Of a DNA stretch of 64,000 nt, positions 29,311-43,778 are shown piece after piece. The stretch lies in the NCBI RefSeq assembly GCF_009914755.1, contig NC_060937.1. One strand, 5' to 3'. The position numbers and the translations under genes are program-made. The stretch comes from the human T2T-CHM13v2.0 reference genome, Homo sapiens. Positions within the stretch are counted from its first letter, which is position 1. Every line of letters begins with the position of its first letter. The notes under the pieces are model-generated. The model ran no database searches. It worked only from the letters and a program-made list of their open reading frames with translations, and was not told the DNA's origin.

Positions 29311-31384
29311 AGGGACCTTAAAATGTGGCATCCTAATTTGTTTCCAGGGTTTATAGTGAATATATTTATCTGTCAGCACAGTGCAGACACCAGGTGTGGA
29401 CGTGAGCCTAGAGACAGAGCAGTGAGTGGCAGCCTCGCTCTGTGGACGTCCGTCTCCCTGAGCTAAGACGCCCTATTTTTAAAGGGAGGTGTGAGATGGA
29501 TCTAAGCCTGCGCTTATAAACTCATATATCTATAGGTACCAGGCAGACACCATGAAGTAATAAAGCGAGCCACTCATAAGGTCCTACGTGGCCACCGACG
29601 CTTGGCTTGGCAGTGGGGAGGCAGTGGGGGTAGAGGAAGGCACCCTGCAGACTGCAAGCTCATTCAGAGGAAGAAAGCAAGAGCCCCTTGGGCTCACCCT
29701 CTGCGGACGTGTCCGTTGCCCACACAGTGTTGGCTTGTGCAGTGGTTTAAATGTGGGCCCCTTGGGAGGGGCCACGTTAAAACCTGGAGTTCCATCTCCA
29801 CCTGGGTTATTGGAAGAGGAGGTATAGGTGCCACCTGCCACTTCTGCCCACCTAGCCCCGCAGGGGGCTGCGCCCACACCAGGATCTCCCTCTGGCACTG
29901 GGTGTGACAGTGTCCACTGCTTTCTTTTCCCCCACCTCCCCACCCGTTCGTCCTCCATGTCAGCGACAGGCACTGGTTCCATTGTTTTTTCCAGGAATCC
30001 AGCCAGGGACTGGGGGCTGGATCTGTGAATGGAGCTGTCTCAGGGTAACGGTGTGGGTTGGCATTGGGGGTCAGCTGAGCCGCGTTTCCTGTTGGTGGTT
30101 CCAGCGGAGATGAGGCACATGCAGGTCCTGCAGACAGATTGAGGCCAGGAGTCCTGAGTGATCTCAAGAATGCATGGACCTTGGTTTGTTTACATTCCCA
30201 TTTCACTGAAGGAAAATGGAAACCGATTTTTTTTTTTTGGTTTTCTGTTATCTGACCATTGTCCCCTTGAATTCAGTTGAATCTAAACTTTAGAACATGT
30301 GGGAACAAAGGAAAATAAAGCAAACTGCATTGAGCACCCCATCATGAACAATGTCTGGTGCTCAATGGCCTTCCAGGTGCTCAGAAATAAATGTTCTGTT
30401 TTTCCCTGATTGTTCTATAAGATACATGGAACTTGGCTCAATATTTATGGTAAAATGTCCTCAAAATTATTTGAAGTTAACACAGCAGGATAATGAATGA
30501 GGAAGAAAAAGAATGTTGTGCATTTTCTCTTTTCTTTTTCTTTCTTGTTTCCCCTCCCCGCTTCCCTTTCTTTTTCTTTCTCTCCTTCCTGCTCTCCTCA
30601 CTCTTGAACCGGTGGAACTGTGGCGGTTTTGTTTTGTTTTCCCCATGAGGTGGTCTTCAGAGGGTTTTAGATGGACACATCAGGGTTCTATTATTAATAT
30701 AAGTGGCCGGTTTTCCACCATGTGGAAAGATTGAAGCAGAATTTATTTTTGTATGCTTTATGCCTGAAGTGTTTAAGGTGTGTGAGGTGCCCAGGGCCTC
30801 GAGGTGAACGCATGAAATGACAACAACTAAATGAGATCCAACTGAAAAAGTAGAAGCTGAAAGAATCCAAACCAGTGCTTGGGAAGGAGGCCAACTTGAC
30901 CCATCTGTCAGAACTGAGGGCTGGAGACCGGCTCCTGTTGTCAGTGCCCTGAGAGGAGTCATGGTTCCTCACTTGTACAATCGCGGGAATGCAAGACGCT
31001 GCACACGTTTCACTCCATACCCTCCTCGTGCAGGCAAGGACACAGTGTTAAGGAGCTCACATCAGACTAGAACTCAGAACTGTATCACCTCACACTCCTT
31101 GTCCGCCCTCTCTTGCAGTCCCTTGATCAGCCTCAGGCAAAGGGAGGCAGGGGTCAGGAAAAATTATGACAATGGTTGGCTTTTCTACGGAGCTTTCCCG
31201 GTTTCAAAGGCAATTTACGTGCAGGATTGCACTGATTCTCCACAGAACCCCTGATGATAAGTATTAGTATAACTTCTCTCATTTTAGATGGAAAGGCCAA
31301 CGCACACAGCTTGGTATTAAGTTAACAAGCCGTCAAAACGAATCAACTGAGCGCTAATACGTACCAGGCACTGTGGTAGAAGTG

Positions 31385-31560
31385 GGTGGCAGAGGTTCAA
31401 GTCCCTGCACTGCCAGCGATTAACTGTGTGACCTTGGGTAAGGTAGGGAACTTCACTAAGCCTCTGCTCCTGTGCTGGTGGAAGTGAAGATGATGTTTGT
31501 ACTTACCCTGTAGGGGGTTATCAAGACGAATACGCTGGGCCACAGTGAATCCTCAGCAAT
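31385..31560 (+). mobile_element. MIR relic
   Basis: ggttcaagtccctgcactgcca...taactgtgtgaccttgggtaagg. Confidence 0.6.
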
Positions 31561-31779
31561 GCCAATGATTCTGACTGCTCGGGAATTTACCCAGGGGGTT
31601 AGCTGAAGACTGACATTAGTGAGACTTGAAACGAGCTTTTCTAACTTTGCGTCCAGTGCGGTTTCAACAATACCAGGTAAACTGGAGTATAAAAGTCAGT
31701 GATTACAGAATGTGAAGGAACACAGTCCCTGCCTTAAGAGAGGAGCTATAACCAGGACCCAAACCACAAAGAATGTGCA

Positions 31780-32585
31780 GGGGATGAGGGGTTGCAGGGT
31801 AGAAAAAGTCGTGTATTTCATTCTCATCTCAGGCTCATGGCTGAAGCCCCTGTAACAAAAGACAGATGAACAGGAAAAAAGCGGTTTTATGTGGCATGAG
31901 AACCTTCATAAAGAAATAAAGACCCAGAGACACAGGGAATCCTGTGTATTTTTATGCTTAGGTTTGATGGTGAGTAGAGTTGTTCAGAGGTATGATTGCA
32001 CAAAGGGGGTATGATCTAATAGTAATTAAATGGGGGGAAACTCGGCAAAGCCTGATTGTTCTGATTCTTCCCTGTGTCCCTGGGTCTTCGGAGGTACGGA
32101 CATTCCTGCAAGGCTGAGGTGGGAGGACTGCCTGAGGCCAGGAGTTTGAGATCAGTCTGGGCAACATAGTGACACCCGTCTCCAAAAAAATTAAATGAAT
32201 GAATGAATAAATAAATAAGTAAATAAGCCAGGTGTGGTGGTACACACCTGTAGTCATAGCTACTTGGGAGGCTGAGGCAAGAGGATCGATTGCTTAAGTC
32301 CAGGATTTGAGGCTACAGTGAGCCACCATCACATCACTACACTCCAGCCTGGGCAACAGAGTGAGACCTTGTCTCAAAAAAAAATACATATATAAATAAG
32401 CATGTTCCTTTCCTCTGAGTATAGGGGGGTGCACCTGTCACGCAAGGGTCTCCCTGCATCAGAGGATTCTTTCATGGCTTGTTTCAGGGGAAAGGGTTGA
32501 GAAGGTCAGAGAGACCTTCCTGCTTCAGCTGTTTTCTCAAATGCTATGGTGCCATATGTTGGGGTAACATGTCCTGAATAATATA
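31780..32585 (-). mobile_element. ERV1 MER4-group (MER31-like) LTR interrupted by an Alu
   Basis: taacaaaagacagatgaacagg; gagaaggtcagagagaccttcctgcttc; gccatatgttggggtaacatgtcctgaa terminus. Confidence 0.6.
32111..32395 (+). mobile_element. 5'-truncated AluJ with expanded middle A-rich (ATGA/ATAA) linker
   Basis: ggctgaggtgggaggactgcctgaggccaggagtttgag...gaggctacagtgagc...ctgggcaacagagtgagaccttgtctc. Confidence 0.88.
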
Positions 32586-34170
32586 ATCTCTCCCCTAACA
32601 GGTACTATTTTAGTGATGATCAGCGACTCACTAGAGGGGCTTTGGTTTTGGCTCTGTGGCTTCCTAATGTTCTCAGGACTGTGTGACTTAATTTTAGGTG
32701 AATCTTGACAGTTCAATACTGTGGAGGGATCTGGAGAATGCCAAGTGACTGTAGTCATGGGAAGGTCATGAAAACCAGAAGCAGAATTGAGGGCATAGCG
32801 GAAAGAGGGAGGGAGACCCCAGTCCAGGACAGGTGGGGCTCTGTGTCGGGGACAGCCAGCACTGCTCGCAGGGGTGGGGACTCCCCAGAATTGATACTCT
32901 CTCAGTGTCAGCCTTAGCAATGCTTGACGAGACAGTTGCTGGCATGCCCTTTAAAGCCGGCCACACCTGGGCTGTACCTCCCGCTCCGCCACCAGGCTGT
33001 GGGAACTTGGACTGTCTATTTAGCCTGTCTGAGCCTTGCTTTTCTCCTGGGAGGCTGAGGAAGCATCAGGAGGCCCAGCAGGAGGGGTGTGGTGAGGATG
33101 GGGGGAGTAAGCCCCAAAAGCACGGCATGTAAAGCATGGTGCCTGGTGCCCGGTGAGTGCCGATAAGTGACAACTGGATGAGCATTTTTGCTTCTCTGTG
33201 TAGTTCATCGCTCATGAGGTTAGGGCAGGGCAAGGCAGGCAAGGTCTCCTTCTCACATTTGGATCAGAAAAGCCTTCCTGTCATCCACTCTGAGGCTAGT
33301 GGGTGAGCCCCATCCCAGGGGCCTGAGCCCAGCCTGTGTGGTGATGCTGGTCGTCCCCACAGCCCCCTGACCCCATTACTGAGCTAGGTTTTTCCAGCCT
33401 GATGACTTTGGCTAGCATAAAGGGCTGAGAATTAGCAGAAACGTTCTGGTTTCCTTTTTATCACATTCTGCAAGGGGTGTAGGGAGTAGGTGGTGGCATT
33501 GGGAGCAGATGGTGAGAAAAAGAGGGAGAGAGTGGCCAGCATCCAGTAACATGCATGACCCCTTTGTGCCTGACATGCAGTGGGTTTTGGACAGATGTAA
33601 AGAGAGGTTATCTGCCTCTATGTTCAGCAGCATTCATATCAGCCTGCAAAGGACACCTGGCAAATCTATATCGAGATTTACACTCATGTTGAGAAGTCAA
33701 ATGTAAATGACTTACAAGATATCTGAAGTTTTAAGTGACCCACTCACACCAGGCTCCGCACCAGGACAAATGTGAGTCCTGCGCAGGCCATTTTTCTGCT
33801 TCTCCCAAGCTGATCTCTGTAACAGTTCAGTAAAGTTTGGTGGCTGCACTTGACCTACACAAATAGAGTCATCATTTAAGGTCTCTGTTAGAATTTATCT
33901 CCTGCTGCCTCCACACTCGCCTGCTTTTTACTCCTTCTTTAAAACTCATGACTGGGCGATGTCTGCAGCCCTGGAGCTCGGTTTCCTCCTGTAGGTGCTT
34001 GTCTTTATCCACACCACGGCCAGGCTTTCCCACTCACCTGCACTTTCTCCAGCCTGAGCACCCTGGGCCAGCATAGCTGTTGGGACTCAATTTATGGGAA
34101 TAAATGGATATTTTAAAAATTAACGTCATTGCTCTTTGCATTTGAACCATCAGCTTAACATTCAGTTGTA

Positions 34171-35250
34171 CAGTTGACTCTTGAATAACATGGGTATTAG
34201 GGGTGCTGACCTCTGTGCAGTCAAAAATCTACATATAAGTTTTGACTCCTCCAAGCAAACTTAACTACTAACAGCCACTGTTGACTGGAAGCCTTACAGA
34301 TAACATAAACAGTCCATTCACGCATATTGTGTATGTTGTATGTATCATATGCTGTATTCTTACAATACAGCAAGCTAGAGAAAAGAAAATGTTAATAGGA
34401 AGATCATAAGGAAGAGAAAATACATTTTATACATTTACAGTGCTATGCTGCTGTGATCTGAAGTGAACATTTGTGGTGTCTGTTTACGAGATGAGTCGCC
34501 TGCCTGACATAGCAGCACCCGGAGCTGCAGCCCTTGGTCTACTACAGTACACATCAAGCAATTCAGCTTTTTCTTGGACTGTCACAACTTTCCTCTGCTT
34601 CTTGGGAGCATTTCCAGCACCACTAGTGGCACTTCACGTGGGCCCTACGGTGTTATTCAAGGTTTACGGTATTGCACTCAGCATGATGAAAAATACAGGA
34701 GAACCTCAAGAGATCACTTTTTACTGCGAAATGCAATTTACTGGTGAGACGAACGGCTCACGTGGAGATGATGAGCATCGCGCGGTGTTTTAAGCGGATA
34801 CCCACAACACTTGAGCTCACTGCAATAGCAACAGGAGGTGGCTGCGAAATGATTCCGGCACTACAGTAATTCCTACAATGAATTGCATGCAGTTACGATT
34901 TGATGCTGCGTCTTTACATTTGTTTACATTTCTCTTGACTGCCAATGACACCATGTACATCCGGTCTGTGTGTAGGTAAGTTCTGATAAATTTTAACATT
35001 TTATAACAGATTCATGTCTATTTTATGGTAGTAAATAATAAAATAGGCTAGTATCTACATATATGTTATGCATTCATAGCATAATTTTTTCTGATTTTTT
35101 TTTTTTGCTATTTCTAGGCTGCACGGTTTTTCTGCGATTTTTTCAAATTGTTGCAAATCTCCAAAAAAATTTTCGATATATTTATTGAAAAAAAAAATCT
35201 GTATAGGTGGACTTGTGCACTTCAAACCCTTCTTGTTCAAGAGTTGACTG
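34171..35250 (-). mobile_element. Tigger2b-like non-autonomous Tc1/mariner (pogo) DNA transposon, complete
   Basis: Terminal inverted repeats cagttgactcttgaataacatggg / cccttcttgttcaagagttgactg flanked by TA on both sides (34169-70, 35251-52); 1080 bp. Confidence 0.9.
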
Positions 35251-36032
35251 TATTGTCTTGTATTACACTACACTATTCCTTCTGCTCGGCTGTGTCATCC
35301 AGCTAGATTATAAATGTCTGATGCTGCTTTCATGGCTGGTACTCAGTTGTACTGATCAGTATTTGATTGACCACCTCTTATCTGGGTTTGTAATGCAATA
35401 ACTGACATCTGTTTATTGACATAAGCTTCTTTCAGGTGCAGGACTGCATTTGAACCTGTACGTAGGAGCAGCATTTTATGTATTTTATGGGTGTGGAAAA
35501 CTGAGATGCAGAGAAGAGAGGACTTGAATTAGAGCTTGTATTTGGATAGAGAAAACAAAATAGAACTGTTGTCAAATAACTCTTCAATTCACCTCTGCTG
35601 CTTATTCGGAAAGTTGTGACTGACAGGGAAGCAGTCCCCTACTGAGTGGCTTGGTTGGGGAGTTGTAAGACTCCCTGGAACTGGGGCTGGAGCATCCACA
35701 CAGGGCACCCTGAGGCCATCACACTTCCTGGTGGGTAACTAGTTAGAACTGCTGTTAACCCTTTAATAGATGCAGTTCCTGACTACAGCAGCAAGCCCCC
35801 TTTCATCTTCCTGCTCCTTTCTCATCTATTACAAATGTCTCCAGGGAAGACTTCGAGTAGATGGCACAGTGATTTTAATGGCTAATTGAAAAGCCGTGGG
35901 CTTTTAAAGCTCAGAAAGGCTTTCAGAAAGATTGATGATGGCCCATGGATGTGGAGTGTACCTTCTGCAGCTGTGTGGGACTCTCGTTTCTTTCCTGAGG
36001 ATCTAAGTGGACCCATCATCCCAGCTGGCCAT

Positions 36033-36117
36033 CTCCCTGTCTCTCTGTCTCTCTGTCTCTCTCTGTTTCTCTCTGTGTGTGTATGTGTGTGTCTTTCTTG
36101 TTCTCTTTCTCTCTCTC
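36033..36117. repeat. (CT)/(TG) compound low-complexity tract
   Basis: ctctctgt repeats followed by TG and CT runs. Confidence 0.8.
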
Positions 36118-37671
36118 ATTCACTCTTAAATGGCTGGAAGTCATTGCCTGTTGGTATGTGAGTATGTGTTTGGTAATTTTCCCTTCTCTTTTCACTTGTA
36201 AACTTTGGAGATAAGAAGGCCTGGGATATTTTGAGCTTTCCTCCCTCCCCTAGGTGGAACTGTGGCTGTAACGTATCCCACATCTTGGGAAATATGCCTT
36301 CTTTCCCTGAAGTGGTAGAAGAGACCCTTTTCAACAATAACGTGTCATGGCGTACACATAGATGGGGATATTATCAACACCTCATAAGTAACATAATTAT
36401 ATTTTACCTGTTGCAGTGTCTCCACTTCCCCAAATCCTTGCAGCTGTAGCCAAAGATAGAGCATCTGAAGGAGAGACAGTTTGGATGGGGGTTTGCATCC
36501 GTTAATGAGCGGGAATTCAGAGCTTCATTCCTAACTGTCACACCGTTTTGGAAAGCTCCCCAGGGTAGACTCAGTTTCCACACAGACGAGGTTAGTAGTT
36601 CTCACACCTCGGGATTTCATGTAGCAGTAAAATTTCTAAGAATGTTAGAGGTCCTGGTAGGTTTGTCAATTTTTAATTTTGCTAACAAAATGGAACATCA
36701 GAAATATTAAAACAAACGCACAAGAAAAAAACCAAACCTAAAGCAAAATCAGATTTAAAAACCACCCCCTAACCTATAATCATTGCATCTTTCACAAAAC
36801 AAATGACATGTCAACACTAAAATATGTAAAAAGCTTAGGTCCCTAAATTGTAAACAAATAGGCCTTTCAAATATACTAAATTTTGCATTACAAACCACTT
36901 ACTACGTTTTTTATTATATCATAAGCTCATCCTATTTTTGAAACCTCTGACAAAGAAGGGGCTAAAATACAAGAGAGAGTAAATACACCTCCGTAAGTAG
37001 AGAGACAATGTCTGCCAAAATGATGCCATTTCTCTCTTTGGCTACTGGAACCAAAGGGATCATTAAACGTGTTTTCCTTTTTGCTTATGTGTGTATTCTG
37101 AAATTTATAAAAAATATTTAATATTAGGAATAATAATGGAGTTACATAAACTATGTTAGATCTTCAAGTCAGACTTTCATAGCTATAAAGGGTATGTTTT
37201 GGAATATTAATACAAGGGTCAGACATCGTGCACCTTGAGTGTCTTTTTGTGCTTACAGCTGGTGGGGGTGGGTCCCCTGCCACCCCGTGACTGTCTCCGC
37301 CTCTGTTGTCCCTCTCTTGCCTCCACCAGCCCCCACCCCACTGCCTCCTCCAGTCTTGCCCTCTGCTACCCGATGGCTTCCTCTTGATACCTCCTGGCCC
37401 TATCATCTCTCGGCCTTTGTCTATGTGGATTTTAGCTTCTGTGCCTCCTGCTCACTGGCCTGCATTCTCCAGTTCCATTTTCTGTTCTCACTCCTGAGAA
37501 AGGAAGGCTTTGCTTGGGCCTGCTGTGGTGAGGCCCTATGTGAACAGGGTCCCCTGGAGGATGATCGGTGGCCAGCTGCCATCGGGGCTGGAGCCGACCC
37601 TGGGCCAGTAAGGGGCGACTTGGGGCATACTCTCCGTACTGGGCATTTCTCTCAAGTTAAAAAGATCTGCG

Positions 37672-37940
37672 TAAGTTAAAGAGATTCATTGCACAGCATG
37701 GTGACTACAGTTAATGACAATGTATTGTATTATTGAAAATCACTAAGAGAATAGATTTTAGGTCTTCTCACCACACACACACACACACACAGGCACACAC
37801 ACACACAAAAGTATGTGAGGTAATGCATAGAATGTTAATTGGCTTGATTTAGCCATTCCACAATGTATACATATTTCAAAACATCATTTTGTGTACTGTA
37901 ATTATATATGATTTTAATTTGTCAATTAAAAAATAAAAAG
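37672..37940 (+). mobile_element. L1MA-type 3' end with internal (CA)n
   Basis: cagcatggtgactacagttaatgacaatgtattgta...gtatgtgaggtaatgcata...ttagccattccacaatgtatacatatttcaaaacatca, A-rich end. Confidence 0.88.
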
Positions 37941-39183
37941 GCTTGGAGGGAGGTGACGATGTGAACTAGCCTGAGCCCTGAGCTCTGGGAAAATCTGCCA
38001 TGAGAAGTTCCCCACCCTCATGTGTTCCTAGCAGTGGCTAATCACAAAAGACTACCCTCATGTCCTCAGAATAAGACCAGCCTCCACCCACGTAAGTGAC
38101 TCCCATAAGACTTGAAATGGATCTTTTATTGACTCCCTTTATGAACCCCAAGTTTCTCATCAGTGGAAATTCTTCCTCTTCTAAAACCTGAATAAAATCA
38201 TCCCTTAATTGTCTGGGGCATTTGGTCTTTCTTGAGAAATTTTGTCGATTCACATTCAGGGGTAAACTAAAACTTGCCCCAAACCACACAGACAAAATGT
38301 CTTGTGTTTGGTTTCAAAAGGAACCCTGGGCATTTTCCCCATGGGCTCTGTTGTCCTGTGGGCATTGCTGGAACCCCTGGCTGGCTTTCCAGGGAGCAGC
38401 TTGGAATAGCACAACTTGAGTGAGCGAGGTCTCCAAGCCTCATGACCCCCAGCCCTTTGCATTTATCCCACATTCTTTTCCTCTGCATCTCTCATGACTT
38501 TCAGAAGCAAACACTTGGGTTCTTCAGAAGCATCGATGCTCTTCAGGGTTCTTGGCATGAGTTTTAGAGTCTTGGCAGGCAGCTGGCAATAGTCAGGTGT
38601 GAAAACAGGCAGTGGGCTTGTTACTGAGAGTGAGCACTGCGTGTTTGACACTGTCTAGAGGGCTTACGACTGTGATGCCCGAATGCTCTGGTCACAGTGA
38701 TGGGGCCCAATGGAAGAAGCGTCTGCTTTTTATTGTTTTTTGTTTTGTTTTGTTTTGTTTTGCTGGCTTCTCATGCCACAGCCCTGGATTGTCATGCTCA
38801 GATTTCTTGTCCAGGACACAATGCCCTAGAACTTGTGTATACTGGATGGAACAAAGCGTGTACAGCACATCTCCGGATGTGTTGCAAAGGCTGCCAACCC
38901 TGCTGGGAGGTGAGAGCTGGCACTGTGTGTCTACCTTGTCCATGACTTCTGGCAGCACTAAAAATGGGGCCTTTTTCTGCTTCCAGGGACAAGTCAGGGA
39001 AGATGCTTTGATGTGACAGAAGAGTCTTATCACAAAAGGTATTTTGGGATTCTGAGTAGAATTTAAATAAATTTGTGATATATACATATATATACACATT
39101 ATGCACCATATATATGTGTATGTATATATGTATATATGTATATGGTGCATAATGAAATCCTCCAAATTTGTTTTCTTAAATGA

Positions 39184-39458
39184 CTTTTTTCTTTATTTTA
39201 TTTGTTTATTTATTTATTTATTTTTGAGAGAGAGTCTTGCTCTGTTGCCCAGGCTGGAGTGCAATGGCGTGATCTCGGCTCACTTGCAACCTCTGCCTCC
39301 CAGGTTCAAGTGATTCTCTTGCCTCAGCTTCCCGAGTAGCTGGGATTATAGGTGCTGGCTACTGTTTGCATTTTTAGTAAAGATGGGGTTTCACCATGTT
39401 GGCTAGGCTGGTCTCGAACTCCTGACCTCAAGTGATCCACTCACCTTGGCCTCCCAAA
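39184..39458 (-). mobile_element. AluS, 5'-truncated with a small central deletion
   Basis: Alu sequence stops at ggcctcccaaa; the ggtgctggctac junction lacks the usual ccaccacgcc. Confidence 0.9.
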
Positions 39459-40300
39459 TGACAAAGAATCCTTATGTCTATTAAGAACCACTTAAGACCT
39501 TCATGAATTAAGTTTTGCTGACCTCAGCGTGCAGCCTGAGGCCTGCCCACCCTCTGTGGAGACTCAAGTTGCTCTTACTTCTGGAGAGGGAGGGAAGGAG
39601 GCCAGTGCCTGTCCCAGCATTTGGGGCCACCACTGTTGCACAGAACCCTGAGCATTAGTGTGTACTTACTCCCTGTTTAAAAACATGCATACGCTTATCT
39701 TGGAATAGATGAAAATTCTGGAAAATGCTTAGCTCTTTTCTGTCTGTGATGTGTTTCGAATTATTATTTCCATCTAAGGCCAATAGGCTTCTTATTTTTA
39801 TAGAGCATAATGCTTTTATTTAATGTGCAAGTATAGTGCACTATCTTAAGTCTACTTGAACCTTACACACAAGTAGAGATAAAAGATGTTTCTGGAGTCT
39901 GAGTGTATTAAAAACAAAATTGATTCTCAACTCCTTTTTCTTCCCAAGGCCTGGGGCTTCACCTTAAAAACTAGCTCCTTTCATCAACTGCATTTAGGAA
40001 AAACAAAAATCGTAAGCCACATCCTTTATTTCAAACACCCTGAGACTTTAAAAAAATGTATTTACAGCAATAAATTCTTATTAAATGAGAAAATGGTTAC
40101 CAATGGTATTGAAATGGCTTATTAAAGGATATGGTGATGAAAAGGCCACATCGCCATCTGTCCTGCAGCTACCTATTCCTTCCGCTTGGTCACAGTTTTT
40201 ACAAAATACCAAGCCTCTGGAACTCAGCTGCCTGGAATCAAATCCCCATACTGGCACGTATAAAACGTGTGATGCAGGTTTTGTTACCTAACCAACATGA

Positions 40301-41308
<1,008 letters not shown>

Positions 41309-43730
41309 TGATGATGTTTTTCCTTCCTGGATATCAGCAGAATCCCGCCTTTCTATACTGAGCCTGGGGAGCAGGGAGGGAGGAGTCTGCATTCCAGAGT
41401 ACGTCCTGGACCTCACTTTGATTTCTAATTCTGGTTCTGGGTAGTCACGGTTTTGTGGTCAACTGTCATGAGAATAACCCTCTTTCCCAATGATGGCATC
41501 TCTTTAATAAATAAGAAAACACTGGAAGATTAAAAGTAAAATTCAACTTTCTGGTAGCATTATCATTTGTGTTTGGCTTTCCTGAGTTTGTGGTAAGCTC
41601 CTTGAGGCCAGGGCTGCCTTTAGGCAGGTTAATGCCCCCAGCGTGGAGAACGGGAGGTCCTTGAATGAAGAATGCTTGGGGGCCGAGTCCAAGGAAGACA
41701 ACTCTGACCTCCAGCATCCTCCAACAGAGACGTCTGGGCCCAGACAGAGGCGGCCAAGGCGAGGAGAGGAAAAGCTATTTTCTGAGAGTGTGAACGAGAG
41801 CCTCCAACTTAACTTCAGCCATAAGAAAGCTGTTTATCGAGGCTCAAATATCTGACAGGCACCAGAGAACACCCAGAAAAGCTCCCTGGAGGCATGGTTT
41901 GAAGGCAGCTACAGCTGCATGCTGTCAGAGAGAAACCACATTGTGCACGTGGATCGGATCCCAGGGCCTCAGTGCTAGCATCCAGCTCCGGTGCTGGCCG
42001 GTCTCAGAAGGACACTGTGAATTTCTGAGGCATTTCCAGAGGCCCCGTGATGGATAGGAGATGAGCAATTGCTCCGCAAAGGGAGGCAGGCTGAACATTT
42101 TGTGCCTAACTTGAGCACCTCCCTGATGTGAGAGACAGCTTTTGAGCGCCTGGGATACTTCGGTATCTGATTTAATTGGGAAACTCACAGGCAGCTATTA
42201 GATGTTGACCACCAAGCCACTGGGGGTAGGTGTAAGGATACCTAAGATCCTTGTAGCTCATCTACATGTTCTTTTACATCCCATAACTTTCTTAACACTT
42301 TTGTCAGACATACCAATTACACTTTGTTACTATTTTCAATGAAAAAATGTACAGTCTGATAAAGCTCATCAAAATGACCCCCAGTGCGGATCTTCATGGA
42401 GATGGCAGAGCTACCTTTCGGCAGGGTAGATATCTGCACTTCACAGGAGGGTTAAGTAAGACCTAAAGAGATCAAATCACTTCAGTTCTGTGTAACAAAT
42501 ATGTACTGATCAGCTGTTGCATGCCCCCAAAAATCTAAAGCCATCACCTTTTAAGTAATAGGATGTGCTGACTTCTCACTGTATTTGCACAAGGACGACA
42601 TATCAAAGTAAAATAGAAATACATAGATCCTGCTTTATCCTACACTTGTACAGACCCATGCCCACACGCCATAACACACACAAACACACACACTCAATAC
42701 ACACACGAGTAACTCTTACAGAGAAGCTGTTGAAAGATTTTAGGAAGTAGGTTGTTTGAAATTTAAAAAATGCTGTAGGAATTTTTACGTCATATGATGT
42801 AGCTACTTCTATGCCTATAGGCCTCAGAAATGTCTAGGCTGCGCTCCTGGTAACATGACCTTTTGCAGATAAAGTTAGGCATATATAAAAAAACTTTCTA
42901 AAACTAACTTTTGTTAGAGTATTGGCCCAAATCTTTTTTCCAGGCATTGTCCTCTGGCAGCTAATCCTGTTGTGAGGTCTTTATTGCTGTGCTGTGACTC
43001 ACCTAGAAGCAAGTTTCTCTGAGGAAGGACAAATCCTTGTAGCTTTTCAAAGCACACCTATTAAACTCTTTAGTCGATATCATGTCAGGATGCATGTGGT
43101 CAGGGGAAATTTTATCTATGATTGTCAGGCACACTCAGAATTTCGTTTTTGTGACGGGTGCCTGCGGTCAACCCCAGATCCTCCAGAAAGGGCTTTAAAT
43201 TCAGTCTAATCTCGTCATGCTGCTTGGCAATTGATTTGAGTCACTTTGACATTTCTGAGACTGCAGATTTCCCAGAAGGAGAGCAAGAGAGAACGTTTTA
43301 TAAATACTGCGACCTTGAAATAAAAAAGAGACTTCACTTTCCTGCTCCAGATCTTACCATGTGCTCTCCTGAAATTCAAGTAAGAAAAGGTAATGAAGTT
43401 AGAAAACGTGAATGTATTCTTGTAAACCCTCATTGGGCAACTCAGACTTACCAATGAGATTTTGCTTCACGTCTATGGTAATTTGCTAGATGTTTGGACT
43501 CAGCTGTTAATGAGGGCCTGAGGGATTATAATGTATGGCTTTTTTTTTTTTAGTGGATTTCAAGCAAAAACATGGACCCCAGGGTGACATATGAGACTTA
43601 AGCATAGGCAACTTGAAGGTGCTTAGGGGAGTGCGTCTGTATAGTGGCAGACAGGGAAGGTGGGAGCATCTTGGAGCTAAGGTAGAAAGCTAATTACAGG
43701 TAGAAATTAAGGTAGAAAGCTAATTACAAT

Positions 43731-43778
43731 TCTCCCTGTTGCCCAGGCTGGAGTGCAGTGGTGCGATCTTGGCTCACT
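43731..43778 (-). mobile_element. Isolated ~48-bp Alu right-arm fragment, no poly-A tail
   Basis: ctgttgcccaggctggagtgcagtggtgcgatcttggctcact. Confidence 0.9.

Noticed and set aside
29584-30206. Overlapping 130-170 aa ORFs
   Set aside because: GC-rich sequence depleted of stops; several frames open with no recognisable protein.
34473-34999. ORFs inside the Tigger element as a possible transposase
   Set aside because: Element is about 1.1 kb and non-autonomous; no DDE or CENP-B-like domain is visible.
38030-38255. LTR-like 3' end with AATAAA and terminal CA
   Set aside because: I could not assign a family or find a 5' end or TSD.
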